From assembly GCA_963836075.1 (NCBI GenBank), contig CAWIIB010000001.1, positions 864,001 to 928,000 of the forward strand: DNA of 64,000 bases. The letters are read 5' to 3'. The position numbers and the translations under genes were made by a program. The stretch's first letter is position 1; each line of letters begins with the position of its first letter. Shown here one piece after another: positions 53,399 through 64,000 of the stretch. This DNA is from an uncultured Acidobacteriota bacterium. Its GTDB lineage: Bacteria > Acidobacteriota > JAQAZP01. The notes below the pieces were generated by a model. It had not been told where the DNA came from. It did no database searches and saw only the letters and a list, made by a program, of their open reading frames with translations.

Positions 53399-53435
53399 AA
53401 AAAAGAAAAACCCCGCCCCCCGAAGGGGACGGGGT
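53399..53435 (-). terminator. Intrinsic terminator of groEL
   Basis: CCCCG.CCCC-CGAA-GGGG.CGGGG hairpin followed by a long U-tract on the minus strand. Confidence 0.85.
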
Positions 53436-53461
53436 ATGAAAATCAGAAGCAGGGCCGGGGC

Positions 53462-55484
<2,023 letters not shown>

Positions 55485-55614
55485 CCTGCTTCTCCTCTTT
55501 CTGAATGCTGGTTATCGATCTGTGCCTCGGCACAGGGTTAACTGGCGTATTCGTAACCCGGACTCCTCAAGGCCCGCAATTCTAGAAAGAAAGGCGGACC
55601 TTGGGCAGTCAGGG

Positions 55615-55641
55615 TTAGCACTCCGCCCCGGGGAGTGCTAA
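55615..55641. promoter_or_regulatory. CIRCE element (HrcA operator)
   Basis: Perfect TTAGCACTC-N9-GAGTGCTAA upstream of groES. Confidence 0.95.
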
Positions 55642-55669
55642 TCTTAAGATCGCGCCCCAGACCTGTCAA
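55641..55669 (-). promoter_or_regulatory. Sigma70 promoter of groESL
   Basis: TTGACA-N17-TAAGAT immediately upstream of CIRCE. Confidence 0.75.
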
Positions 55670-55875
55670 GTAAAAATCACCAAAAAAAGTACCTGAATCC
55701 AGATTTCTGCAAAAACCTGACAATCAGGCACTAAGATATTTAGCAATGCCAATTATTTGTTACGTTTAGATGGAAAAGCGGCATCAGGTTCTCGGAGTGT
55801 TGTATCCAAGCGACGTTGGAGCGCTTCGCGAACGGAGCGAAGGTGATCATCGCCTGACCTGATCCCGTCCACTCA

Positions 55876-56319
55876 TTAGGTCAAGGATACGTATTTCATC
55901 CGCAGTTGGTAGAGCAGGTCACTGAGCAGCTTCTCCTCCTCGGCCTCCAGGTTGCCCGAGGTCTTGTCCCGCAGCATGTTGAGGATATCGATGGTGTGCT
56001 TGGCCATCGGCAGGTTCTGCTCCTGCGTACCGGTGGACGGGTCGGGGAACTCGCCAAAGTGCAACACTGCCGACGTGCCCAGGGAAAGGATGAAATTACT
56101 GAAGTTTACCTCCATCATCGACGGATCGATGGTGGGATTATCCTCAGGCCCCTGCTCGTCGGCAGCCTTTTCTTCCGCTGCCGGGGCTTCCGGCTCGGCT
56201 GGTGAGGTCTCTTCCCTGCGGTCGCCGTCATCAGCGAACTTCCGCTTGTCGGTCACCTTGAACCCCGAGGATTCCTCCTCCCCGGCATCCAGCCCCTCTT
56301 CCTTTTTTTCGTCAACCAT
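55876..56319 (-). CDS. DUF1844 domain protein
   Basis: FKVTDKR, F..FILSL...A..HFG..P, AKHTIDIL.ML..KT.GNL..EE. Confidence 0.88.
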   Translation of the reverse strand: MVDEKKEEGLDAGEEESSGFKVTDKRKFADDGDRREETSPAEPEAPAAEEKAADEQGPEDNPTIDPSMMEVNFSNFILSLGTSAVLHFGEFPDPSTGTQEQNLPMAKHTIDILNMLRDKTSGNLEAEEEKLLSDLLYQLRMKYVSLT

Positions 56320-56406
56320 TCTCTTTTCCTCCCTTGCGTCCGTGATGCCGTGCCAGCGGCTGCAACGGCAACGGTCTTGTTCGTTTGACCTCGGGGGTCA
56401 AGCGTA

Positions 56407-57846
56407 TCACTCGCCGGACGGCCCGTCTTCCACGGACAGTCCGGCGTATATCGTCTCCAGGATGGAACGCAACCGGTCCCGGCCCGGTTCGTTGATCACG
56501 TATATCCAGTCGCCTCCCGGACGTCGCCCGCAGACCAGCGGCTCTTCCCCGGCGCAGGAGTCGGGAACCGGGGCCACCGTCCGGTCCGGGAACCCCATTT
56601 CCAGGGTCTCCACGGTGACGGCGTCCTCCGTCCCTCCGGAGAGGGTGACGGTGCAGGCCGGCTGCACCAGGTCAGTTGCTCCCAGCAACGATCCATCGCC
56701 AATCCCGGCCAGCTCACAGGCCTCGAGCCCGGTGAGCAGGTCGAGGGCCTGCCGGATGGTTTCTTCAGGCATCGCTGCTTCATCCGGTGAACCGCCTTCC
56801 CTCAGCCAGTGGCCACTACTCTCCTGGCGCCAGGTCAGCGGTTCGGACCCGGCAAGGGCCACGGTCAGGCGGTCAACCTCCCAACTGTATCTGGGAAACG
56901 GCCGCAACTCCCGCCAGCGGTTCACCGGGCGGAGTGCGCTGTCGATGATGGCGGTCTCCACCATCATCACCGTCCCCGCATCGCCGGAAGCGATCAGACC
57001 GTCCCCGCTGTCCGCCAGGGTCCCGAATCGAGCTGCAGTCTCCGACCCGTCAGTCATGGTCAGCGCGATTTGAAAGGTGGGCAGCGCAAGAAGATCCGCT
57101 GCGTCACCAGGGTCGGGGAACTCCAGCGCCCGGCATTCGGTCAGTTCCCAGAGCAGGTTTCCCACCAGTTCGCGGTCCGCGGCAAAGGCCAGTGGTTCGA
57201 CGATCTCCCAGTCGTCGCCCTGTCGCCGGATCACCAGCGGGGGCTGCTCGGCAATCTCGATACGCAGTTCCCGCACCTCTTCCCGCCGGAAGCGCAGCAA
57301 GCGTTTCTCGCGCAGGTCGAACAGAGTGCCGGGGATGGCCTCCACTTCGGCCAGGCTGACCTGCCCCACCTCGCCGGTGTCCCGCACCGCGGCATAGCGG
57401 GCCTGGCCGAACGGCGCCGTACCGCCCAGATCCAGACGGGCCAGCGCGGCGCCGCCATCCCCGGCCGCGGTCACCGTCAGCTTGGGCGGCTCCAGGCCAT
57501 AGGGGGCCAGGCCGTCCTCACCGGGCGGGAAGGGATCGTCCAGGGCGGCCAGCCGGCCCATGGTCTCCAGCAACCGCTGGACCACATCGGGGTCAGCCTC
57601 CAGATCCCCGGGCCCCTCCACCCGCCAGCCGGACTCCTCCCCCTCGCGGTTCACCCGGAGCGCCGGGCCATCCGCCGGCTGGATGGAGACCGTGCGCACC
57701 AGCAGCGGGTCAAAGTCGGAGACCAGACGCCGTGCGGCGGTCTCCTCCCCCGCCTCCGCTTCACGGCCCTTGATGTCGACGAAATAGTAAAATGCGGCAA
57801 GCAGCGCCAGAACCAGCACCGCAACGATGAGCACGGCCCTGTTCAC
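56407..57846 (-). CDS. DUF4340 domain membrane-anchored protein
   Basis: N-terminal TM; repeated W....P....AD, YGLEPP, DLREKRLL motifs; typical position after a GldG-like gene. Confidence 0.8.
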   Translation of the reverse strand: MNRAVLIVAVLVLALLAAFYYFVDIKGREAEAGEETAARRLVSDFDPLLVRTVSIQPADGPALRVNREGEESGWRVEGPGDLEADPDVVQRLLETMGRLAALDDPFPPGEDGLAPYGLEPPKLTVTAAGDGGAALARLDLGGTAPFGQARYAAVRDTGEVGQVSLAEVEAIPGTLFDLREKRLLRFRREEVRELRIEIAEQPPLVIRRQGDDWEIVEPLAFAADRELVGNLLWELTECRALEFPDPGDAADLLALPTFQIALTMTDGSETAARFGTLADSGDGLIASGDAGTVMMVETAIIDSALRPVNRWRELRPFPRYSWEVDRLTVALAGSEPLTWRQESSGHWLREGGSPDEAAMPEETIRQALDLLTGLEACELAGIGDGSLLGATDLVQPACTVTLSGGTEDAVTVETLEMGFPDRTVAPVPDSCAGEEPLVCGRRPGGDWIYVINEPGRDRLRSILETIYAGLSVEDGPSGE

Positions 57847-59399
57847 AGCTTGCGCCTCCGCCGCCAGTGGTTCAGCCCCAGGCCCAGCAGGGCCAGGGGG
57901 TAACCCAGAACCACCACCACGAGGATAAACCGCGACTCGGCCCAGGTGAGATCCACCGTCTCGGGACCCGAAACGGCACGGTCGATACTGATCAGCGACT
58001 CGTCGCCGGACAGCCAGTTGACCGCGTTGAGGAAGAGATTGCCGTTGCCCTGCTGCGGGAAGTGGGAATTGGCGGCAAAATCGCTGTCCCCCACCACCAC
58101 CAGGCGTCCCCCTCGCCGCCCGGCACCGTCTTCGTCGGCAGCCGGCAATTCCAGAGCCGCGGCCACCGACAGCGGTCCGGGCAGGTCAACCCCCTCATTG
58201 AACTCCACCACGTCGAGGGAGGTCTCGGCAAAACTCTCCTCGGCGGTGAACACCAGTTGCACCGCCTCCGCCGGGAGGCCGGCCCCGGCGGGGTCCGACG
58301 GACCGACGGTGCGGCTGAGCGGGAAATAGGAAATGACGGTGAACCCCTCGGTGATCGGGTGGTCGGCATAGCCTGCGGCCACGGGCACCAGGTAGTCGCC
58401 CACCAGGCTCTGGGAGAGCGGGTCCACCACCAGGTTGCGCCCCGCCCGCAGGCCGAAACCGGCCAGCAGCGCGTCCACCTGGGGCTGCTGGTCATCGCCG
58501 GGCGGATCGAGCAGCAACAGGCAGCCCCCGCCGCCCTCCACGAACTCGCGGATCATCTCCGTCTCACCGGCGAGCAGGTCACCCTGCAGACCGGCCAGGA
58601 TCAGCACGTCACAGTCCGCGGGCACGCCGCTGTCACGGATCAGGCTCACCGAGGAGACCTCGAAGTTCTCACGGGCCAGGGCGGCCGCCGCCAGTCCGAA
58701 ACCCTCCTGGCCCTGGTCCTCCGGGTCGCGGCCGCCGTGGCCGGTGATAAAGACGGCCTTACCGGTGGACGGCCGGGTGATCTTGAGCAGCCCGTTGGTC
58801 AACGCCTCTTCGGTGGCCCGGTCCACCGTGGTGGACCGGCCCTGGCAGAGCAGGACCGTGGTCTCGGTGGTGATCTCCAGTTCCCGCGCCTCGGCCGGAT
58901 TGCGCACCGGGTCGATCTCGCGGTGGCGGAGCTGCCCGCCGGACACGTACTGGTACTCGGTGAGCAGGTCGATGAACTGCTGCCGCACCTCCGCGCTGCC
59001 CGGGCTGGACGGGCTGAAACAGACAACGGCCTCCACCGGGGCGGGGAGCTCTTCGAGGATGCCGGCAGTTTGCCGGGTCAGGGTGAAACGGCCCGCTTCG
59101 GTGAGGTCCCAGCGGTAGTGATGATTGTTGGAGACCAGGTTGACCAGGACCAGGATCGCCGCCGCCACTGCGATCAGCGCGGCGCTGTAAGCCCCGTAGC
59201 GCACCGGACGGCTGGTCATCAGTTCAGCCGCCTGCTTTCGGTTGGCCAGCAGACCGCCGGTGAGACTGACCAGGGCCACCACCAGCGCAGTGAGGGGAAC
59301 CCAGGGGTTCACCGCCGGACCGATGAGGTAGAACCCCAGTGCCGTCAGGCCGGCAACCGCGGCAATGGTGAAACTGTGTCCGGGCTGGATTCGAACCAT
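57843..59399 (-). CDS. GldG-like ABC transporter auxiliary protein
   Basis: RWDLT...FTL, GHG, GGG.LLLLDP, VVGDSDF, GNGNLFLNAVNWL, C-terminal TM-WRRRR. Confidence 0.88.
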   Translation of the reverse strand: MVRIQPGHSFTIAAVAGLTALGFYLIGPAVNPWVPLTALVVALVSLTGGLLANRKQAAELMTSRPVRYGAYSAALIAVAAAILVLVNLVSNNHHYRWDLTEAGRFTLTRQTAGILEELPAPVEAVVCFSPSSPGSAEVRQQFIDLLTEYQYVSGGQLRHREIDPVRNPAEARELEITTETTVLLCQGRSTTVDRATEEALTNGLLKITRPSTGKAVFITGHGGRDPEDQGQEGFGLAAAALARENFEVSSVSLIRDSGVPADCDVLILAGLQGDLLAGETEMIREFVEGGGGCLLLLDPPGDDQQPQVDALLAGFGLRAGRNLVVDPLSQSLVGDYLVPVAAGYADHPITEGFTVISYFPLSRTVGPSDPAGAGLPAEAVQLVFTAEESFAETSLDVVEFNEGVDLPGPLSVAAALELPAADEDGAGRRGGRLVVVGDSDFAANSHFPQQGNGNLFLNAVNWLSGDESLISIDRAVSGPETVDLTWAESRFILVVVVLGYPLALLGLGLNHWRRRRKL

Positions 59400-59412
59400 C
59401 GTTCCCGTCCCC

Positions 59413-60201
59413 TCAGCGCTTCCAGCGAACCGCTTCCACCGCCCGGCCGGCCAGCAGCAGGAAGAAGGCGATGAAACTCAGGTAGTAGACCACGTGCCGG
59501 GTGTCCAGCACGCCCTTGGTGAAGTCCTCGAAGTGATCGAGAAACGAGATATAGGTCATCAGATCGGCCATGGGGCCGCCGGCCACGGTGGCGGCCCAGG
59601 AAATAATCCAGAAAAAGAGCAGGGTGGCAAAGGTCAACACCGCGGCGATGATCTGGTTCTCGGTAATCGAGGAGGCGAAGGTGCCCACCGCCACGAAAGC
59701 GCCGCCCAGCAGTAGCAGCCCCAGATAGCCGGTGAGGATGGACATGGTTTCCGGGCTGCCCACCAGGTAGAGGGTGGCCGGAAAGAGTGCCGAGCAGAGG
59801 AGGAGGATGAAAATCATGGCCAGGCCGGCCAGGTATTTGCCGGCCACCAGTTGGGCCACGGTGAGCGGCGAGGTGAGCAGGAACTCGTAGGTCCCCTGCT
59901 TCTTCTCCTCGGAAAAGAGCCGCATGGTCAGCGCCGGCACCAGCAGCAGAAACAGGATCTGGGTGTTGCCGAACAAGGGGCGCAGCACCCAGCCGTTGAG
60001 GTTCACCTCCTCCAGCATCCCCTCGTAGGCCGGATCGCCCATGTACTGGTAGATCTGTGTGGAGGTACTGGCGAAATCGGCGAGAAAGATCCAGAAGAAA
60101 CCGCCAAAGAGCAGCAGGAAGAGGGTGATCACCGTCCAGGCGATGGGCGAGGAGAGGTAGGATCTCAGTTCCCGGGCGGTGATGGTCCAGACGATTCTCA
60201 T
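59413..60201 (-). CDS. ABC transporter permease (GldF-like)
   Basis: RELRSY..SPIAW, PALTMRLFSEEKKQGT.E.LLTSP, GKYLA. Confidence 0.9.
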   Translation of the reverse strand: MRIVWTITARELRSYLSSPIAWTVITLFLLLFGGFFWIFLADFASTSTQIYQYMGDPAYEGMLEEVNLNGWVLRPLFGNTQILFLLLVPALTMRLFSEEKKQGTYEFLLTSPLTVAQLVAGKYLAGLAMIFILLLCSALFPATLYLVGSPETMSILTGYLGLLLLGGAFVAVGTFASSITENQIIAAVLTFATLLFFWIISWAATVAGGPMADLMTYISFLDHFEDFTKGVLDTRHVVYYLSFIAFFLLLAGRAVEAVRWKR

Positions 60202-61145
60202 TGGCCTGACAGGTCCTCTTCGGTGGTCAACTGGAGGAAGACCTCCTCCAGACTCAGGTCGTCGCTGCGCATCTCCAGCAGGCCCCAGCCGCGCTCAACC
60301 GCCACCCGGGCCAGCTCTTCGCGAACATCATGATCCAGGGCGTATTCCACCCGGTGGACCGTTCCCCCGCCATCCGCTTCCTCTGCTGACCGCAACACTC
60401 CCTCCAGGGCGGAAAAGGCGGCGTTGACCTCGGCCGCCTCGCCCCGAGCCAGCCGGACAATGAGTCGGCGGGCCTGCTGGACCCGCGACTGCAGGCCCTC
60501 GTAGGTGTCTTCCGCCACCAGGCGGCCCTGGTTGATGATCACCACCCGCTGGCAGGTCATGGTCACTTCGGGAAGGATGTGCGAACTGAGGATCACCGTG
60601 TGGTCCCCGGCCAGTTCCCTGATCAGGTTGCGGATCTCGATGATCTGCAACGGGTCGAGGCCGATGGTGGGCTCATCGAAGATCAGCACCTCCGGATCGT
60701 GGACCAGGGCCTGGGCGATGGCCGCCCGCTGCCGGAAACCCTTGGAGAGGTTGCGCAGAAGGCGGCCCTTGACGTCGCCCAGGGCGCAGCGCTCGATGAC
60801 CCGGGAAACTCCGCGGCCCACCGAGCGGGACGCCACACCCTTGATCCGGGCGGCAAACCCCAGATACTCGGAGACGGTCATTTCACCGTAGAGCGGGGGG
60901 TTTTCCGGCTGGTAACCGATGATCCGGCGGGCCGCCCGACCCTCCCGTCCCAGGTCGAACCCGCCCACCACGGCCCGTCCCCCGCTGGGCGGGATGAACC
61001 CGGTGAGCATCCGCATGGTGGTGGTCTTGCCCGCACCGTTGGGACCGAGGAACCCGAGAATCTCCCCCTTGCGAACGCTGAAGGAGATGTCATCCACCGC
61101 CCGGCGATCACCGTACGCCTTGCTCAGGTTTTCCACCGTGATCAT
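60198..61145 (-). CDS. ABC transporter ATP-binding protein (GldA-like)
   Basis: GPNGAGKTT, LSKGFRQR, DEPTIGLDP, SSHILPEV. Confidence 0.93.
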   Translation of the reverse strand: MITVENLSKAYGDRRAVDDISFSVRKGEILGFLGPNGAGKTTTMRMLTGFIPPSGGRAVVGGFDLGREGRAARRIIGYQPENPPLYGEMTVSEYLGFAARIKGVASRSVGRGVSRVIERCALGDVKGRLLRNLSKGFRQRAAIAQALVHDPEVLIFDEPTIGLDPLQIIEIRNLIRELAGDHTVILSSHILPEVTMTCQRVVIINQGRLVAEDTYEGLQSRVQQARRLIVRLARGEAAEVNAAFSALEGVLRSAEEADGGGTVHRVEYALDHDVREELARVAVERGWGLLEMRSDDLSLEEVFLQLTTEEDLSGQ

Positions 61146-61462
61146 TTGTCGGCGGCCTTGTCTCCGGTCACGCCCTGACCATCGGGGGTTTCCACGTCTA
61201 CCTCGCGCAGGCGCTCGTTGGCCAGCACCTGCTGCACCATGGCCAGTCTCTCGGAGAGAATCCTCACGCTCTCCTCGAGGGAGTTGACCCGCTCCAGCAG
61301 GTGCTCGTCGAGAAAACCCGAATCGAAAAGGGTGGCGTCCTCGGCCTCCTCGGCCCAGTTGACCACCATCAGCCGTGCCCGGCACTTGTGGCAGTATTTG
61401 TCATCCGCATCGTTGCGTGCCCGGCACTGCTGGCAGAAGATGATTTCAGTTTCATTTTTCAT
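61142..61462 (-). CDS. Zinc-ribbon + coiled-coil small protein
   Basis: CQQC-X10-CHKC then a heptad region; stop codon overlaps the ABC ATPase start. Confidence 0.7.
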   Translation of the reverse strand: MKNETEIIFCQQCRARNDADDKYCHKCRARLMVVNWAEEAEDATLFDSGFLDEHLLERVNSLEESVRILSERLAMVQQVLANERLREVDVETPDGQGVTGDKAADK

Positions 61463-61536
61463 ACTGCTCTGGTTACTCCCCAGTGAACGGGCCGGTTGAG
61501 CGGCCCGATGATAGACCACGCCAAAATAAGGGACGA

Positions 61537-61566
61537 ATTATATTTTCCGCCTGCAATTCATGTCAA
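61537..61566 (-). promoter_or_regulatory. Sigma70-like promoter of the ABC operon
   Basis: TTGACA-N18-TATAAT. Confidence 0.6.
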
Positions 61567-61675
61567 GAAAAGAGTGCGCCCAAGTCAGTCAACGTTTGAA
61601 CGGCTGATGGCCCTCAACTACAATGTACCATACTTATGCGTTAAAAACCCGGGGAGGAGGCACAAGCGGCAGATC

Positions 61676-62830
61676 ATGCCTGCAAGGACAACATCAAACA
61701 CGCGGGAGAAGGCGGTGCTGGCGGGCATCGTGCTCCGCGGCACGGACCGCGAAACGGTGGAGGAGCACCTGTCGGAGCTGGCCGCCCTGGCCGAAGCCGC
61801 CGGCGGTGAGGCCGTGGCCACCCTGATCCAGGAGCGGACGGCCATCGACCCCCGCACCTTCATCGGCCGGGGCAAGGTGGACGAACTGCACCAGGTGGTG
61901 CTGAGCCACGATGCCGGCCTGGTCATCTTTGACGACGACCTCCGCCCCACCCAGGTCAAGGCGCTGGAAGAAATTCTCGAGGTCAAGGTGATGGACCGCA
62001 CCGGCCTGATCCTCGACATCTTCGTCAACCGCGCCGCCACCAGCGAAGCCAAGATCCAGGTGGAGCTGGCCCAGTTGCAGTATGCCCTCCCCCGGCTGGC
62101 CGGGCTGTGGAGCCACCTGGAACGGCAGCGGGGTGGTATCGGCCTGCGCGGCGTGGGAGAGAAGCAGATCGAGACCGACCGGCGGATCATTCGCCAGCGC
62201 ATCGCCCGGCTGAAGAAGGACCTGGCCAAGGTCCAGGTCCAGCGGCGAACCAGGCGGAAAAAACGACAGGAACACTGGCGGGTGGCCCTGGTGGGCTACA
62301 CCAACGCCGGCAAGTCAACCCTGTTCAACGGGTTGACCACCGCCGAGGTGCCCACCCGGAACCAGCTCTTCGTCACCCTCGACACCACGGTACGCACCCT
62401 GGCCGGCGATGGCGGTCGCCAGGTGCTGCTCAGCGACACGGTGGGCTTCATCCGCAAACTGCCCCACCTGCTGGTGGAATCGTTCAAGGGCACCCTGGAG
62501 GAGGCGGTGGAGGCCGACCTGCTGCTGATGGTGGTGGACGCGGGCGACAAGGGATGGCGGGACCACCTGAAATGGAGCGCCGGCGTTCTCGAAGAACTGG
62601 GAATCAGTGACAAGCAGGTGATTCACGTCTTCAACAAAATCGATCTCCTGGGAAAAATTCAGCGGGCCGACGTGGAGATCGGCAGCGAACATCCTCTCTC
62701 CATTGCCGTATCAGCTACTACGGGGGAAAACATGGCCCGCCTGCGGCAGATGATCCTCCACGTGCTGTCGGGCCGGGACCGAAACGGCACCGGTTCGTTT
62801 GAAAATGCCCAGCCGGCGGAGAAGCCATGA
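61676..62830 (+). CDS. hflX: Ribosome-splitting GTPase HflX
   Basis: EL..LA..AG, DRT.LILDIF, QVELAQL, GYTNAGKST, DTVGF, NKID. Confidence 0.96.
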   Translation: MPARTTSNTREKAVLAGIVLRGTDRETVEEHLSELAALAEAAGGEAVATLIQERTAIDPRTFIGRGKVDELHQVVLSHDAGLVIFDDDLRPTQVKALEEILEVKVMDRTGLILDIFVNRAATSEAKIQVELAQLQYALPRLAGLWSHLERQRGGIGLRGVGEKQIETDRRIIRQRIARLKKDLAKVQVQRRTRRKKRQEHWRVALVGYTNAGKSTLFNGLTTAEVPTRNQLFVTLDTTVRTLAGDGGRQVLLSDTVGFIRKLPHLLVESFKGTLEEAVEADLLLMVVDAGDKGWRDHLKWSAGVLEELGISDKQVIHVFNKIDLLGKIQRADVEIGSEHPLSIAVSATTGENMARLRQMILHVLSGRDRNGTGSFENAQPAEKP

Positions 62831-63282
62831 GGCGTTCCGACCTGATCCTCTATCTCGGCATCCTGGTCCTCTTTCTGGGTCTGGTTTCCTGGTTCGTCAC
62901 CCAGGACAGGACCGCCGAACCCGCGGGGCCGGCCGACGCGCCCCCGGCAGACGGAATCCCGGAAATCCCCGAACCGCCGGAGACCGCTGCCGAGGTGGTG
63001 GAGAGCCGGGAGGACGAAGGCGGGTTGCTGGCCTTTGCCCGAAACCAGTTCGAAGCGATCCTGCGGGAGGGCGACCGGCTGGCCGACCGGGTGTGGAAGG
63101 ACGGTCTCACCGACAACCAGCGGGGCTGGATGACCAGCGTCGGCGATCAGTTCTCCCGGCTGAAGGACTTCACCCTCTCGCTGCAGTTCCTGCTGATTCT
63201 CGTCTTCACCGCCCTGCTGGTGGGCCTCTACCACCTGGTGAGCAGCGGCAAGCTGCTGCGCATGATCCGCAAATCCAACTGA
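62827..63282 (+). CDS. Two-TM hypothetical membrane protein
   Basis: ATGA overlap with hflX; N- and C-terminal TMs with a Pro/Glu linker. Confidence 0.65.
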   Translation: MRRSDLILYLGILVLFLGLVSWFVTQDRTAEPAGPADAPPADGIPEIPEPPETAAEVVESREDEGGLLAFARNQFEAILREGDRLADRVWKDGLTDNQRGWMTSVGDQFSRLKDFTLSLQFLLILVFTALLVGLYHLVSSGKLLRMIRKSN

Positions 63283-63431
63283 CCAGTTGATGCCTCGCGA
63301 AACTCGCCTCCATGCCGCGGTTCCGGCCTGGAACCCGGAGCAGGAAAGCGGGCATAAGTGCACATGTCAGGCCCCCGATTGCCGATAAAGATAGTGAGGA
63401 TCTGCAGGAAGGTTCCGATTGGAGGGAAACG

Positions 63432-64000
63432 ATGAGCAACCAGAACGGATCGGTGTACAAACTGCTCCACCGCACCCAGTGGATCTTTCTGGTTGTATCG
63501 ATCATCCCCATTGTGGTGCTGGCCTACCTCTGCGTCCGGTATCTCTTCCCCGCCCTCGGTGAAGGCCAGACAGCTCTGGCGAACAGTATTTACATTATTC
63601 TGGCCCTGACAGTCCTGCTCTCAGTCCTCGGCTATATCATTTCCAGAAGAAGTGCCCTCAACACCATCGAGACAATAAGCGGGAACAACCTCCGGCTGAC
63701 CAACCTCCTGGGCCTGGTCAATCGACTGAACCTGACCACCGACGAGGTCAAGATAGAACAGGAAACCGTCCGTTCGGCAGCGCGGATTCTGGATGCGGAT
63801 GCGGTACTGCTCTATCTGATGGAGGAGGGGAAACTGGTCTGCCGGCACAACGCCGGAGTGCCGCTGACCAAGGGCGAACAGGTCATCTGCGATCCGGGCA
63901 GCGGAGCTGCCGGGCAGGCGGCCATTTCCAAGAAAGTGGTTCAACTGGACGGGCCGGATAAGCCGGCCGGGTTGCCGAAGACCTTCACCGCCCTGCAGGG
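63432..64000 (+). CDS. Two-TM GAF-domain sensor protein (3'-truncated by the window edge)
   Basis: Not in the ORF track. GGAGG RBS; my translation MSNQNG..WIFLVVSIIPIVVLAYL..TM2..AARILDADAVLLYL..GSGAAGQAA is open to the window end and looks GAF-like. Confidence 0.7.
   Translation, partial: MSNQNGSVYKLLHRTQWIFLVVSIIPIVVLAYLCVRYLFPALGEGQTALANSIYIILALTVLLSVLGYIISRRSALNTIETISGNNLRLTNLLGLVNRLNLTTDEVKIEQETVRSAARILDADAVLLYLMEEGKLVCRHNAGVPLTKGEQVICDPGSGAAGQAAISKKVVQLDGPDKPAGLPKTFTALQ

Overview
GC-rich (~65% by eye) bacterial chromosomal segment. Gene content (VWA-Ig, PEGA/TPR, DUF1844, DUF4340) suggests Acidobacteriota or a related diderm lineage; this is inference. In order: a PEGA / TPR-NHL / PEGA-PDZ envelope operon converging on a PP2C phosphatase operon; a GT-C/TPR glycosyltransferase; a secreted protein with three tandem Cys-rich ~196-aa repeats next to tRNA-Thr(CGT); smc; and a ~23.5 kb surface-glycan locus (wza, kinase-less wzc, sigma54-driven priming transferase, asnB, many GT2/GT4, two TMTC-like GT-C/TPR proteins, polyprenyl-P-sugar synthase + DUF2304). 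After that come an orphan secreted protein, a stress cluster (histidine kinase-ligA-sigma54 regulator-degP-NtrX-like regulator; CIRCE-controlled groES/groEL), a Gld-like ABC operon, hflX and a truncated GAF sensor. No CRISPR array, transposase or phage gene was seen. Best novelty leads: a putative bacterial TMTC-type protein glycosylation system, the triple-repeat secreted protein, five +1 frameshifts (three at CGATCG), a shared TACAGTG intergenic motif, and a 62-bp palindrome.
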